Assembly (NCBI GenBank): GCA_963844035.1
Contig: CAWJMT010000005.1
Span: 32,001 to 96,000, forward strand
Length of the DNA stretch: 64,000 bases
Origin: an uncultured Gemmatimonadales bacterium
GTDB taxonomy: Bacteria > Gemmatimonadota > Gemmatimonadetes > Gemmatimonadales > GWC2-71-9
Direction: 5' to 3'
Shown here piece by piece: positions 1 to 10,237 of the stretch. How positions within the stretch are numbered: the stretch's first letter is position 1; the number at the start of each line of letters is the position of its first letter. The notes beneath the pieces are model-generated. The model did not search any database and was not told the origin of the DNA. It saw only the letters and a list, made by a program, of their open reading frames with translations. The position numbers and the translations under genes are program-made.

Positions 1-249
1 CGTGGCCGCAACCAGGGGCGCCAGCGGCTCGGCGTAACTGATCGGGCACACGTCACCCGGCGGGTCTTCTCCTCCCGCGGCGGTGCGCAGCCGCGCCGCG
101 TCGCTGGGAGCGCCCGGGACGACGCCGGTCTCGATCGGCTTCATCGCGGCGACGCGCAGGCCGCGCGCGCGCAGCAGCGCCACGAGGGCGCTCGCGATCA
201 CCGTCTTGCCCACGCCCGTGTCGGTGCCCGTCACGCCGAGGCGGATCAT
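1..249 (-). CDS. bioD: dethiobiotin synthase (5' part; runs off window)
   Basis: Manual translation MIRLGVTGTDTGVGKTVIASAL...MKPIETG...YAEPLAP is the BioD signature; downstream of bioA. Confidence 0.9.
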   Translation of the reverse strand, partial: MIRLGVTGTDTGVGKTVIASALVALLRARGLRVAAMKPIETGVVPGAPSDAARLRTAAGGEDPPGDVCPISYAEPLAPLVAAT

Positions 250-407
250 TGCGTGTTTGGCGCGAGTGAACTCGCGGCTCGGCGTCTGCCCGTGAACGGG
301 CGTGCGGTAGCCGCTTCAGCGGCAGGGCCGAGCCGCGGCTTCAGCCGCGACTCTCGCGACGACTGGCCGACGGTCATTCCGCATCGCAGGCCACCTGTCA
401 TCGCCAC

Positions 408-1693
408 CTAGCCCGCCTCTCCAAGAAAGCCAGCGATCACGTCGTACGCGTGCCCGAGATCCTCCGCGGTCGAGCAGTAGGGCGGCAGCAGATAGACCAC
501 GTTCCCGAGCGGCCGGAGCAGCACCCCCGCCCGCAGGGCGTACGCCGCCAGCTCGGGACCGACCGGGCTGAGATAGCCCGGCTCGCGCATCGAGATCGAA
601 TGCCGCCACGGTGCCGAGCCCGCGGCAGCGCCTCACCCGCGGATGGCTGGAGAGACGCGCCAGACCGGTCGCGTGCGCTCGCTCGATGCCGACGCGCGCG
701 CGGGCCGACGCGTCGTCCAGCAGCGCGAGGCTCGCCAGGGCCGCCGCGCAGGCCAGAGGATTCGCCGTGTAGGAGTGGCCGTGGAACAGGGTGCGCCGCC
801 GGTCGGGGCTCGAGAACGCGGCGAAAATTTCCTCCCGTGCGACCGTGGCGCCCAGCGGGAGAAATCCGCCGGTCAGGCCCTTCGAGAGGCACATGATGTC
901 CGGGACGACGTCGGCGCGGGCGCACGCGAAGGTCGGCCCCGTGCGCCCGAAGCCCGTCAGCACCTCGTCGGCGATCAGCAGCACGCCCGCTGCGCGCGTG
1001 CGCTCGCGGATCGCACGCAGTACGCTCTGCGTCCCACACGCGCATCCCTCCCGCTCCGAGCAGCAGCGGCTCCACGATGACGGCGGCCAGCTCCCGGCCC
1101 CGCGCGGCGAGCAGGCGGTCCAGCGCCGCGATCGTCGCGGCCCCGCCCGCCTCGGCGCTGGGGTCGGGAAGCCGGGCGACCTCGAACAGGTGCTCCCGCG
1201 AACGGCTCGGTGAACACGCCGCGCGCGCTCACCGCCATGGCGCCGAACGTGTCGCCGTGATAGGCGTGCTCGAGCGCCGCGATCAGCGGGCGCCGCTCGC
1301 CCGCGCCGGACCAGTACTGCAGCGCCATCTTGAGCGCGACCTCGACCGCGGTGGACCCGTCGTCCGAGAAGAACACTCGCGTCAGGCCGGGCGGAAGCAG
1401 AGCGGTGAGGGCGGCGGCGAGGCGAGCCGCAGGCTCGTGGGTGAAACCCGCGAACAGCACCTGCTCGAGCGTGCCCGCCTGCCGGCCGATCGCCGCGGCG
1501 ATCGCGGGATGCGCGTGGCCGTGCAGCGTCACCCACCACGAGGAGATCGCGTCGAAAATGCGCCGCCCGCTCGTCGTCGTAGAGATACGCGCCCTCGGCG
1601 CGGGTGATCACGCGGGGCGCGGGTGCGTCGAAATGCTGGGTGTAGGGATGCCAGACGTGACGCCGGTCGAGCTCGCTGGACGGGCGTCGTCAT
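408..1693 (-). CDS. bioA: adenosylmethionine-8-amino-7-oxononanoate aminotransferase (several indels)
   Basis: Fragments [68 protein letters not shown] across ORFs 316..1611, 975..1532, 408..590. Confidence 0.9.
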
Positions 1694-2910
1694 GGGCGCG
1701 GCGGCAGCGCCGCGGCGAGGGCATCGAGCAGCGCGTCGATCGCCGCGGCGTCGTGCGCCGCGGAGACGGTGATGCGCAGGCGTGCGGTCCCGTCCGGGAC
1801 GGTGGGGGGGCGAATCGCGCCGACGAGGAACCCCGCGGCATCGAGCGCCGCGCCCACGCGCATCGCGACGTCGCTGGCGCCGATCACCACCGGCACGATG
1901 TGGCCGTCCTCCGGCCCGGCGACCGCCATGCCGCGGGCCGCCAATGCCGGCACGCAGATGACGCGCGTTGGCGCGCAACCGCGCGCGACGTTCCGGCTCT
2001 CGCGCCACGATGTCGAGCGCCGCCAGCGCCGCCGCCGCGAGCGCCGGCGGGCTCCCCGTCGTGTACACGAAGGCTCGTGCCCGGTTGGTGAGGTAGTCCA
2101 CCAGCGCGCGCGAGCCCGCCACGTACGCGCCCGCGACGCCGCACGCTTTGCCCAGCGTGCCCATCGTGATGTCGATCCCGGACGCAACGCCCCAATGCTC
2201 TGCGCTGCCACGGCCGCTCGGTCCAAGGACTCCCACCCCGTGCGCATCGTCGAGATAGATCCAGGCGTCGTGCCGGCGCGCGAGCGGCACCAGGGTGTCG
2301 AGCGGGTACAGGTCGCCGCCCATCGAGTAGATCCCCTCGATCACGATCAGGCGGCGGCGATGCTTGCCGCGCTGCCGTTCGAGCGCGCGCTCCAGGGCGG
2401 CGACGTCGGCGTGAGGGAGCACGTGCAGGTCGGCGCGTGACAGGCGGCAGCCGTCGATCAGCGACGCGTGATTCAGCACGTCCGAATAGATCGCGTCCCC
2501 TCGTCCCACGAGCGCCGGAATCGCCCCCACGTTGGCCATGTAGCCGCTGGGGAACAGCAAGGCGCGCCTCGGCGCCGGTGAACTGCGCGATGGCGCGCTC
2601 GAGCTCCGCATGCAGCTCGTGGTGCCCGGAGATCAGCCGGGCGGCCGCGGCTCCGGTGCCCGCGGTGCGCAACGCCCGAGCCGCCGCGTCGGCGAGCCGC
2701 GGGTCGGAGGCGAGGCCGAGGTAGTCGTTCGAGGAAAAGTCGCGCAGCACCCGGGTCTGGTCCGCGATGCGCGCACCCGCTCGGTGCGTGCAGCGCCCGC
2801 AGGGTGCGCTGCAGCCCCGCACCGGCCAGGGCGGCAAGCTCCTGCGACAGCGCACCCTCGAGCGAGGAGGGCGCGGCGGTTTCGGGTGGTCGGTCTGATG
2901 CGGTCAGCAC
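1690..2910 (-). CDS. bioF: 8-amino-7-oxononanoate synthase (indels)
   Basis: DFSSNDYLGLA, SGYMAN, NHASLIDG, DDAHG, GTLGKA, AIRPPTVP motifs; ATGA overlap with bioA. Confidence 0.9.
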
Positions 2911-3013
2911 GTCACCTGCTATTCTAATCCCGCGGGTTTGGCTCGGCACCAGCCCCCTAGCCCTCCGTGCGCCGGCCGGGCGTACGTTGAAGCAGGTCGT
3001 TGAGGTGACCACC

Positions 3014-4353
3014 ATGATCCATGCCCTGTTCGTCGTTGCTTGCTCCGCAGCCGCTCGCGCCGTCCGCCCCGCCCGCCGGTGCGCGTCTGGCTTGGCCCGC
3101 CGCTGCTTCGGCGTCGGGGGATCGCGTCCGGGTGTACGTCCAGACGGCCACCGAGGGACACCTCGTTGTGCTCCACGCCAGGAGCGACGGGCAGGTCGAG
3201 GTGCTGTATCCCGCCGATCCCACGCGCGACCCGTTCGTAAATCCCGGCACGTACGAGATTCGCGGACAGGACAGCCGCGATGGGGTAGCGCCTCGGGACC
3301 CAAGGGACGCGGGACGGTGGTGGCAGCCCTGTCCCCCGATCCAATCTGGTTCGACGAGTTCGTGCACCGCAGCATGTGGGACGTCGCCCACTCTGACCGG
3401 TGTCGGGAGCGGGTGGGGACCCCGAAGGCGCCCTGACCGAGATCGTCCAGCGCATGCTCGGCGACGGATCGTTCAGCTACGACGTCGTCACCTACTGATG
3501 TCGCGCCGCCTCCGGCCCCCAACGTCGTGGCGGCGCCCGAGCCGATCGCCCGAGTCCACAGGTGGATGCGTCGACTGTTTCTATCCCCGCGTGGACTATC
3601 TCGTCTATCCCTACGGCATGAACTCCCTGGGCTATCGCTACAGCTATGGCTATGCCGACGTGCCACTCCGCCCCTACGTCGACCATCGCGGGATCGGGCA
3701 CGCGGGCCGCGGGATGTACGGTGCTTCCGCGATCCCCCGGCAATCGCCGTGTACTCGACGCAGCGGGGCAATGCGCTCGCGCCGATCAGCCTGCGCCAGC
3801 GCGAGATGGTGGCCCGGCTCGCCGCTCGTCGTGGCGCTCCGCGACGCCGGACCCCGACGGCCATCGCCGCCCCTGTCCCGGCAACCTTCGCGGCCCGTGC
3901 GGTGCCCCTCGTCGCGCGCGACTCGGTCCGTGGGAGCGCCCGCGCCCGCAGCGCGGCGATCGCGAGCTGCTCGTGCGATACACCAACGCCCCGCGGAGCC
4001 GGAGCGCGGCGCTCGGTAGCAGAGCAATCCCCCCGCCGACTATGGGGGTCGCCGCCGCGCGAACCCGCGTGGTCTCGGCGCCGGCTCCAAGACCGGCGAT
4101 CGCTGCGCTCGCAGCTCCTGCCGTAGCGCCGGTTCGGCCCATGGCGCTCGGGCCCCGTTTCGTCCCCCGAGCGGAGACCCAGACCGCGAGCGCCTGGGAT
4201 GGGAGTCGCGGCACGTCCGACCACGCAGGCCGGCGCCGGATCGGCGCATGGCGTCGGGCTGGACGCTGTACGCACCGCCGGGTATCGGCGCCGGGCTCCC
4301 GACCTCACGGCAAGTGGCCGTGCCACAACGCGTTGGACCGAGTCGCATCTTGA
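3014..4353 (+). CDS. DUF4384-like exported protein with Pro/Arg-rich tail (indels; end uncertain)
   Basis: GDRVRVYVQTATEGHLVVLHARSDGQVEVLYP...PGTYEIRG resembles DUF4384; followed by Tyr-rich and low-complexity segments. Confidence 0.5.
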
Positions 4354-4378
4354 CGCGTCTAGGATGGTGTTTTAGCTT
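4350..4378 (+). promoter_or_regulatory. sigma70-type promoter
   Basis: TTGACG-N17-TAGCTT directly ahead of the structured leader. Confidence 0.55.
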
Positions 4379-4383
4379 TCGGC

Positions 4384-4460
4384 AACGAGCATCTCGTTCG
4401 TGGTGATGCGCCGTGCTTTGCCACCACGCCCGCGGCAGTCCTGCCGGGGCGTTTTTGTTT
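4384..4460 (+). promoter_or_regulatory. structured leader: SAM-II-like P1 hairpin fused to intrinsic terminator (truncated SAM-II twin)
   Basis: AACGAG/CTCGTT hairpin, CGTGGTG...CACCACG stem, CGCCCGCGGCA-GTCC-TGCCGGGGCG stem plus TTTTTGTTT; colinear with the leader at 5726-5829. Confidence 0.6.
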
Positions 4461-4485
4461 CGGGGGAATTTTGCCTGGAGCCGGA

Positions 4486-5683
4486 GTGACTCACGCGAAG
4501 GGTTTCGCCGCACGCCTGGACAGCCTGGGGACCGAGTCCGCCTACGTGGTTTTGGACGCGGCCCGGAAGCTCGAGGCTGCGGGCCATCGTGTCGTCCATC
4601 TCGAGATCGGCGAGCCGGATGTGCCGACGGCTCCGCACGTCATCGAGGCGGGGATCCGGGCCCTGCGTGAGGGGCGTACCCGGTACGCGGTGGCGGCCGG
4701 GGTGCCCGAGTTCCGCGACGCCATCGCCCAGGCGATGGTGCCGCGCGGTGTTCGCGTTGCGGCCGAGAACGTGATCGTCACGCCGGGCGCGAAGCCGATG
4801 CTGTTCTGCGCGGCGCTGGCGCTCATCAACCCGGGTGACGAGGTGCTGTGCCCCAACCCCGGGTTCCCGATTTACGAGTCGGTGGTGCGCTTCGCTGGTG
4901 GCAAGCCGGTCTACTACCCATTGGACAAGACGCGGGGCTTTGCGCCCGACGTCGCCGCGATCGCGGCGCTCATCACGCCCCGCACCCGCGTGATGATCCT
5001 GAACCTGCCCGCACAACCCGACCGGCGGCATGGCGACGCCGGATGACCTCGCGCGTCTGGCGCAGCTGGCCGAACGGCACGACCTGTGGGTGATCAGCGA
5101 CGAAGTGTACTGGCACATCACCTACGGTCCACACGCGAACAGCATCGCCGCGCTCCCGGGTATGGCGCAGCGGACGGTGATCGTGGATGGATTCTCGAAG
5201 GGCTACTCAATGACCGGGTGGCGGCTCGGTTACGGGGTGATGCCGAAGGCCCTCGCGGGTCCGATGACCACGCTCATCATCAACAATCTCTCCTGCACCG
5301 CGACGTTCGTGCAGTACGCTGGGCTCGCGGCGCTGCAGGGTCCCCAGGACTCCGTGTTGAAGATGGTCGCGGGACTGAAGACCAAACGCGATCTGGTGAT
5401 TGCCGGCCTGAACGCGATCGACGGGGTGACTTGTGCCTCTCCTGCCGGTGCGTTCTACGCGTTCCCGGACTTGAGCGGGTTGCTCGAGCGTACAGGCCTG
5501 TCGTGCGAATCCTTCGCGGAGCGGCTGCTCTCCGAAGCGCACACGGCTGTGCTCGCGGGGACGGCTTTTGGGTCGGCTGGGGAAGGGCACCTGCGCCTGT
5601 CATATGCGAATGAGCCCGCCAACCTCGAGCTGGCGCTCGAGCGGATCCGGAGCTGGGTCGGGAGCCTTGCCGCCGCGGTCTAA
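4486..5683 (+). CDS. class I/II PLP-dependent aminotransferase (one indel near 5012)
   Basis: HLEIGEPD, VTPGAK, SDEVY, DGFSKGYSMTGWRLG, GAFY, HLRLSYA; GGAG RBS before GTG. Confidence 0.88.
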
Positions 5684-5692
5684 CGGGGGCGC

Positions 5693-5720
5693 TTGACGCG
5701 CCGCGTACCCGGGCTATGTT
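5693..5720 (+). promoter_or_regulatory. sigma70-type promoter
   Basis: TTGACG-N16-TATGTT just upstream of the SAM-II leader. Confidence 0.55.
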
Positions 5721-5740
5721 TTCACGCACAATCGTTGTGC

Positions 5741-5792
5741 CGTGGTGATTTGCCGCGTATTGCCGCCACGTTAAATAAAGTGCTAAAATGCG
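5741..5792 (+). ncRNA. SAM-II (SAM-alpha type) riboswitch aptamer
   Basis: CGTGGTGATTTG-CCGCGTATTGC-CGCCACG-TTAAATAAAGT-GCTAAAATGCG: P1, GAUUU loop, UUGC/GCUAA pseudoknot and CGCGU/AUGCG pairing all match the SAM-II pattern. Confidence 0.85.
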
Positions 5793-5795
5793 ATC

Positions 5796-5829
5796 GCCCG
5801 CGGCATTACTTGCCCGGGCCATTTTTTTT
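5796..5829 (+). terminator. intrinsic terminator (expression platform of SAM-II)
   Basis: GCCCGCGGCA-TTACT-TGCCCGGGC stem followed by a T8 run, 10 nt before the ATG. Confidence 0.75.
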
Positions 5830-5838
5830 GAGGGTGCC

Positions 5839-7125
5839 ATGCCTGCCTCCACGAAGGTCGATAGCGTGAACCTCGGCGCCAAGACGACGCGCCCGGCGGC
5901 GCCTAGGGCGCTGCCGCAACGTTGCCGCAACTGCGGCACGGAGCGGGCGCCGGCCCCGGAGTCCCTGTGCGGGGAATGTCTCGGACCGCTCGACCCCATC
6001 TACGACCCGAAGCGCTCTCTTCCCGATCGTGCGACGATTGCGGCACGCGCGCCCTCTCTCTGGCGCTACCACGAGTGGCTGCCGTTCGAAGGGGACCCGG
6101 TGTATTCGCTGGACAGCGGGTTCACCCCCCTGCTCGACGCGCCCAGGCTGGCGCGGCGGCTCGGCGTGGCCCGTGCCTGGATCAAGAACGACACCGTGTG
6201 CCACCCCTCGCTGTCGTTCAAGGACCGGGTCGTGGCCGCGGCGATCAACGCCGCGGCGGCGTTCGGGCTCGACACGATCGGCTGCGCCTCGACCGGCAAC
6301 CTGGCGAACGCGGTGGCGGCGCACGCGGCGCGCAACGGGCTCACCGCCTGGGTGTTCATTCCCGAGGATCTCGAAGCCGGGAAGGTCTACGGCACGAGCA
6401 TCTACGGCCCCAAGCTGGTGCGCGTCCGGGGCACATACGACGACGTCAACCGCCTGTGCGCGCAGGTGGCGGACCGGTTTGGGTGGGGCATCGTGAACGT
6501 GAACCTGCGGGGATACTACGCCGAAGGATCGAAGACGCTGGCGTACGAGATCTCCGAGCAGCTCGGGTGGCGGTTGCCCACGGCCGTGGTGGCGCCGATG
6601 GCGGGTGGATCGCTCGTCAACAAGCTCCGCAAGGGGTTCGGAGAGTTTCTGGAGGCCGGGCTGGTGAGTGGCCCCTCGCCTCGGTTGTATGGGGCGCAAG
6701 CATCCGGGTGCGCGCCGATTGTGCGGATGGTAGAGAGCGGCGGTACCCAGATCGTACCCGAGATCCCGCACACCATTGCGCGCTCGCTCGCGATCGGTAA
6801 CCCGGCGGACGGTGTGTTCGCCGCCAAGGCGATGCGGGAGTCCGGTGGTTGGGGGGCGAAGGTGAGCGATGAGGAACTAGTGGCCGGGATGCGACACTTG
6901 GCGGAGGACGTCGGAGTGTTCGGCGAGACCGCCGGTGGCGTCACCGTGTCGGCGGCGCTCGCGCTGGCTCGCGCCGGCCGGCTCCGGCCGGACGATGAAG
7001 TCGTGCTGTGTATCACCGGGCACGGGCTGAAGACACTCGAAGCGGTGAGCGGTGTGCTGCCCGAGGCACCCGTGATCGCGCCGCGGTTGCGCGAGGTGGC
7101 GGCGTTGGTGGAGGCGAGTGGGTGA
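5839..7125 (+). CDS. threonine-synthase-like PLP enzyme; probably MetM-type O-phosphohomoserine sulfhydrylase
   Basis: N-terminal CxxC...CxxC, SLWRY, PSLSFKDR, CASTGNLANA, EGSKT, SLAIGNPADG, ITGHGLK; SAM riboswitch upstream and sulfur carrier downstream. Confidence 0.8.
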   Translation: MPASTKVDSVNLGAKTTRPAAPRALPQRCRNCGTERAPAPESLCGECLGPLDPIYDPKRSLPDRATIAARAPSLWRYHEWLPFEGDPVYSLDSGFTPLLDAPRLARRLGVARAWIKNDTVCHPSLSFKDRVVAAAINAAAAFGLDTIGCASTGNLANAVAAHAARNGLTAWVFIPEDLEAGKVYGTSIYGPKLVRVRGTYDDVNRLCAQVADRFGWGIVNVNLRGYYAEGSKTLAYEISEQLGWRLPTAVVAPMAGGSLVNKLRKGFGEFLEAGLVSGPSPRLYGAQASGCAPIVRMVESGGTQIVPEIPHTIARSLAIGNPADGVFAAKAMRESGGWGAKVSDEELVAGMRHLAEDVGVFGETAGGVTVSAALALARAGRLRPDDEVVLCITGHGLKTLEAVSGVLPEAPVIAPRLREVAALVEASG

Positions 7126-7155
7126 TGGAACACGTTGCAGGCGGGAGGTCATGAG

Positions 7156-7431
7156 ATGGCGATCACGGTGAATTTGCCTTCGGTGCTGGCGGCTCACGCA
7201 GGCGGCGCGCGCAGCATCGAAGCCACGGGGCGGACTCTCGGCGAAGCGGTCGCGGATGTGGCGGCGCGCTTTCCAGCGCTCGGGCCCAGGCTGCAGGACA
7301 AGGACGGCAAGCCGTATCCGTTCGTGGTGTTCTATGTGAACGACGAGGACGTGCGCTTTCGGGGAGGGTTCGCCGCCACCATCAACGACGGCGACGAGGT
7401 GACGGTTATCCCTGCGATTGCGGGCGGGTGA
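7156..7431 (+). CDS. MoaD/ThiS/CysO-family sulfur carrier protein
   Basis: 91 aa, YVNDEDVRF motif, C-terminal IPAIAGG di-glycine. Confidence 0.9.
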   Translation: MAITVNLPSVLAAHAGGARSIEATGRTLGEAVADVAARFPALGPRLQDKDGKPYPFVVFYVNDEDVRFRGGFAATINDGDEVTVIPAIAGG

Positions 7432-9500
7432 GCGCGCCCCGCTGCGAGAACCACAGCGCGCCCAGGTAGGCCCCGGCGGCGGTGAGGTAGAGCGCCTTCA
7501 CGCCGGTGGCCATGGACGAGTACTCGAGTAACCCTCCCACGATCGCTCCCACGAGGTTGTAGGCCAGCGCCCGCGTCGGGTTCACGCGCGTGCGGAACAA
7601 CATCGCGAAGATCGTTGCGGCGAAGAGAATCGGGAGCGCCACGAGCAGTCCTCCGACGAGCCATTGCCCCGCCATGCCGAGCCACAGAATGTCGCGCACC
7701 GGAACCACGTAGGCGAGTCCGAGCGAGGCGAACAGCAGCGCGAACGGCGCCGTCAGCGACGGCCAGGGCTTTCGCAGCACCAGCATGTTCGCGATCAGAA
7801 TCGTCACCAGGATCGAGCTGAAGACCAGGAGGTTCACCGTCCAGGTCGATCCGAACAGCAGCGACATTTCGGTGACGCTCTTCGTCTCCACCAGCAGGAA
7901 CCCGGCCCCCATGAAGAACATGGCGCCGTCGAACCCGCCCTTCAGCTGGCGTCCCGCCGTGGCGCCCACCAGCCCGAGCGCGATGGCCAGCACGATCCCC
8001 AACGCTTTGAGGTAGTGGCCGGGAATGGCGCGGCGTCCGAGGTAGAGGTACGGCCAGTCGTCCGTGGGGACCGCCACGTTGCCGACGCGCCCGGCCGGGA
8101 TGGTAGGGCTGATTGTGACATCGGGGTCGCCGCCCGCGATGAAGCTGTAGTTGAACAGATGGGAGTCGGGTTGGTGCAGGACCACCGGTTCCTTCTCGAA
8201 CGCCTCCGTCAGGACGCGGTGAATCTTCGCCGCGACGTAGGGGAACGGCGACATGTGGTACGTGACGAGTCGGCCCCCGGGAGCCAAGCGCGACCGCGCC
8301 GATTTGAACGCCTCCACCGTGTAGACGTAGTTGTCCAGCCGCAGCGAGCTCATCCCCGACAAGAGCGTCTGGCTGTCGAGCGTTCCCAGCACGATCAGAT
8401 CGTAGTGGTGCCGGGTCTGCCGCAGGAAGGCGCGGGCGTCGTTGACGTGTGGCGGTCACGCGGGGGTCCGAGTACGGCTGCTGAAAGTGCAGCGCCCGCC
8501 CCAGGGTCAGGATCAGGGGATCGATCTCGACCGCGTCGATGTGCTTGGCTCCAAGCTGCAGCAAGAGCGACAGGTCGTTACCCGTGCCCGCCCCCATCAC
8601 CAGCACGGAGTCGATACGGGGCACGAGCTTGAGCGGCTTCAGGTAGGCGTTGCGCTGGTTGCCGATCTCGGGGAATTTCGCCGCGGTCTCGGGCGACAGA
8701 TCCAGCATGTACTGGTGCAGCGAGCCGTTGACGTCCACGGTGTAGATGTGCGGATCGGCAAAGAGATCGATGCGGTAGTAGGGCGACCAGTATTCATGGC
8801 CGCCAGCCCCGGCGCGCTCGATCTGCGCGCCGCCGCTCCAGTGTATCAGCCCCAGCACGGCGATCCCCGTCACGCCGATCGTGGCGCTGAATTTCCAGTC
8901 GTCCAGCGCCAGGAGCACCCAGATCGCGAGGGCGGCGCCGAACCACACCAGCGGGGGCGTCCACAGCGCGGAGGCGACCGCGAACGCGAGCACGCCGAAC
9001 AGGCTCCCGGCCACATCGAGCGAGTAGGCGTGCAGCGGGGGAAACTTGCGGAACTCGTGGCCCAGCAGGCCGCCCAGCGGTATGAACACGACGACGCAGA
9101 ACCCGAAGAGAATCGTCGCCACGGGAACGATGCCCATTTGGGTCACGTTGGGCGACGACGTCAGGAACTGGCCCCACAGGTATTCGTCGCGATCGATGTT
9201 GCCCCCGATCACGACGTTGGCGAAGTACTTCACCGCACCGAACAGGGCCAGCAGGGCGGGGACGGCGAGCCAGCGCAGTCGCATGGCATCGTCCGCTCGC
9301 AGCAGGCCGATGCCCATCCCCAAAAACGTGGCCATCAGCACGAAGTTCAGGAAGAACCCGAACACCCGTACGTGCCCCGGCACATAGCGGATCAGGGCCA
9401 GCTCGAGAAACAGAATCAGGAAGGAATAGCCGGCCAGCCGGACCGCAGCCGCCCGCGTCGCTTCAGGCCGGGCGGAAGCCTCGGCGCTCTGGGAATTCAC
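7406..9500 (-). CDS. multi-TM membrane protein with spermidine-synthase/class I SAM-binding domain (indel near 8445)
   Basis: TM helices, WSPYYRI, VLVMGAGTGND, DAVEIDP, DSQTLLSG..LRLDNYVYTVEAF, PTDDWPYLY, further TMs. Confidence 0.8.
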
Positions 9501-9556
9501 GGCTACAAGGGTAGGAACAAGGGGTGTCGAATGCAACGGCGAGTTTGTCGGCCGGC

Positions 9557-9588
9557 AAGAAAAGAGCGGCGGGGAAGCCCCGCCGCTC
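9557..9588 (-). terminator. intrinsic terminator after pilA
   Basis: Minus strand GAGCGGCGGGG-CTT-CCCCGCCGCTC followed by TTTTCTT. Confidence 0.8.
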
Positions 9589-9613
9589 GGATTCGCTCAG
9601 CGTTACCGGACCC

Positions 9614-10030
9614 TTACTGGCAGACCGGTGCGCCTTCCGGCGACGCGGCGGTCGCCGGAGCCGTCGGCGTCACCGCGCCGATGTAGATGCCGCAGCTCTT
9701 CGACGTGTTGACATTGGTGACGTTCGTCGTCCAACCCGCCTGCGTACCGACACCGGTCGTCACCGTGCCCAGCGTGTTGCCGGTCGTCGTACAGTACGAG
9801 ACCGAACCCGCCGGCGCCGGATTGGCGCACGAAATGGCCGTGGTGTACTTGATCGAGTCGGCGAAGTACGCCTCCTCGGCGGTCACCAGGTTGCGCAGAT
9901 CCGACTTCATGGAGGCGATGTACGCCTTTTCCTTCGTGTTGGCGAACTTCGGGATCGCGATGGCGGCCAAGATGCCGATGATCACCACGACGATCAACAG
10001 CTCGATCAGTGTGAAACCCTTGCGATTCAT
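9614..10030 (-). CDS. pilA: type IV major pilin
   Basis: Class III signal MNRKG|FTLIELLIVVVIIGILAAIAIPKF; four Cys; 138 aa. Confidence 0.9.
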   Translation of the reverse strand: MNRKGFTLIELLIVVVIIGILAAIAIPKFANTKEKAYIASMKSDLRNLVTAEEAYFADSIKYTTAISCANPAPAGSVSYCTTTGNTLGTVTTGVGTQAGWTTNVTNVNTSKSCGIYIGAVTPTAPATAASPEGAPVCQ

Positions 10031-10111
10031 CTGAGTCTCCCCTCGTGCAGGACCGAATGCGGTCCGATGATTGGACCTCGGGCTGGGGCCTGCTCCCGCT
10101 GTCTCAAGTGT

Positions 10112-10192
10112 CCCTGGCAGCCGGGCTGTCTCGAGATTGGACCGAGACCCCTAGCTTTGCGTCCCGCCGTCACCGACGGTTTGCCCCATGCA
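10112..10192 (-). ncRNA. c-di-GMP-I (GEMM) riboswitch
   Basis: Minus strand GGGGCAAACCGTC-GGTGAC-GGCGGGACGCAAAGCTAGGGGTCTC...GAGACAGCCCGGCTGCC: GCAAAC receptor, GNRA loop, GACGCAAAGC core. Confidence 0.9.
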
Positions 10193-10237
10193 GAGACCTT
10201 CCCAACAGCCTACAATCCTGGCAGTCAGCCCCCAGAC

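Noticed and set aside
10112..10192. 3',3'-cGAMP-sensing GEMM-Ib variant
   Set aside because: The discriminator position is G (GGGGCAAAC), matching the c-di-GMP class.
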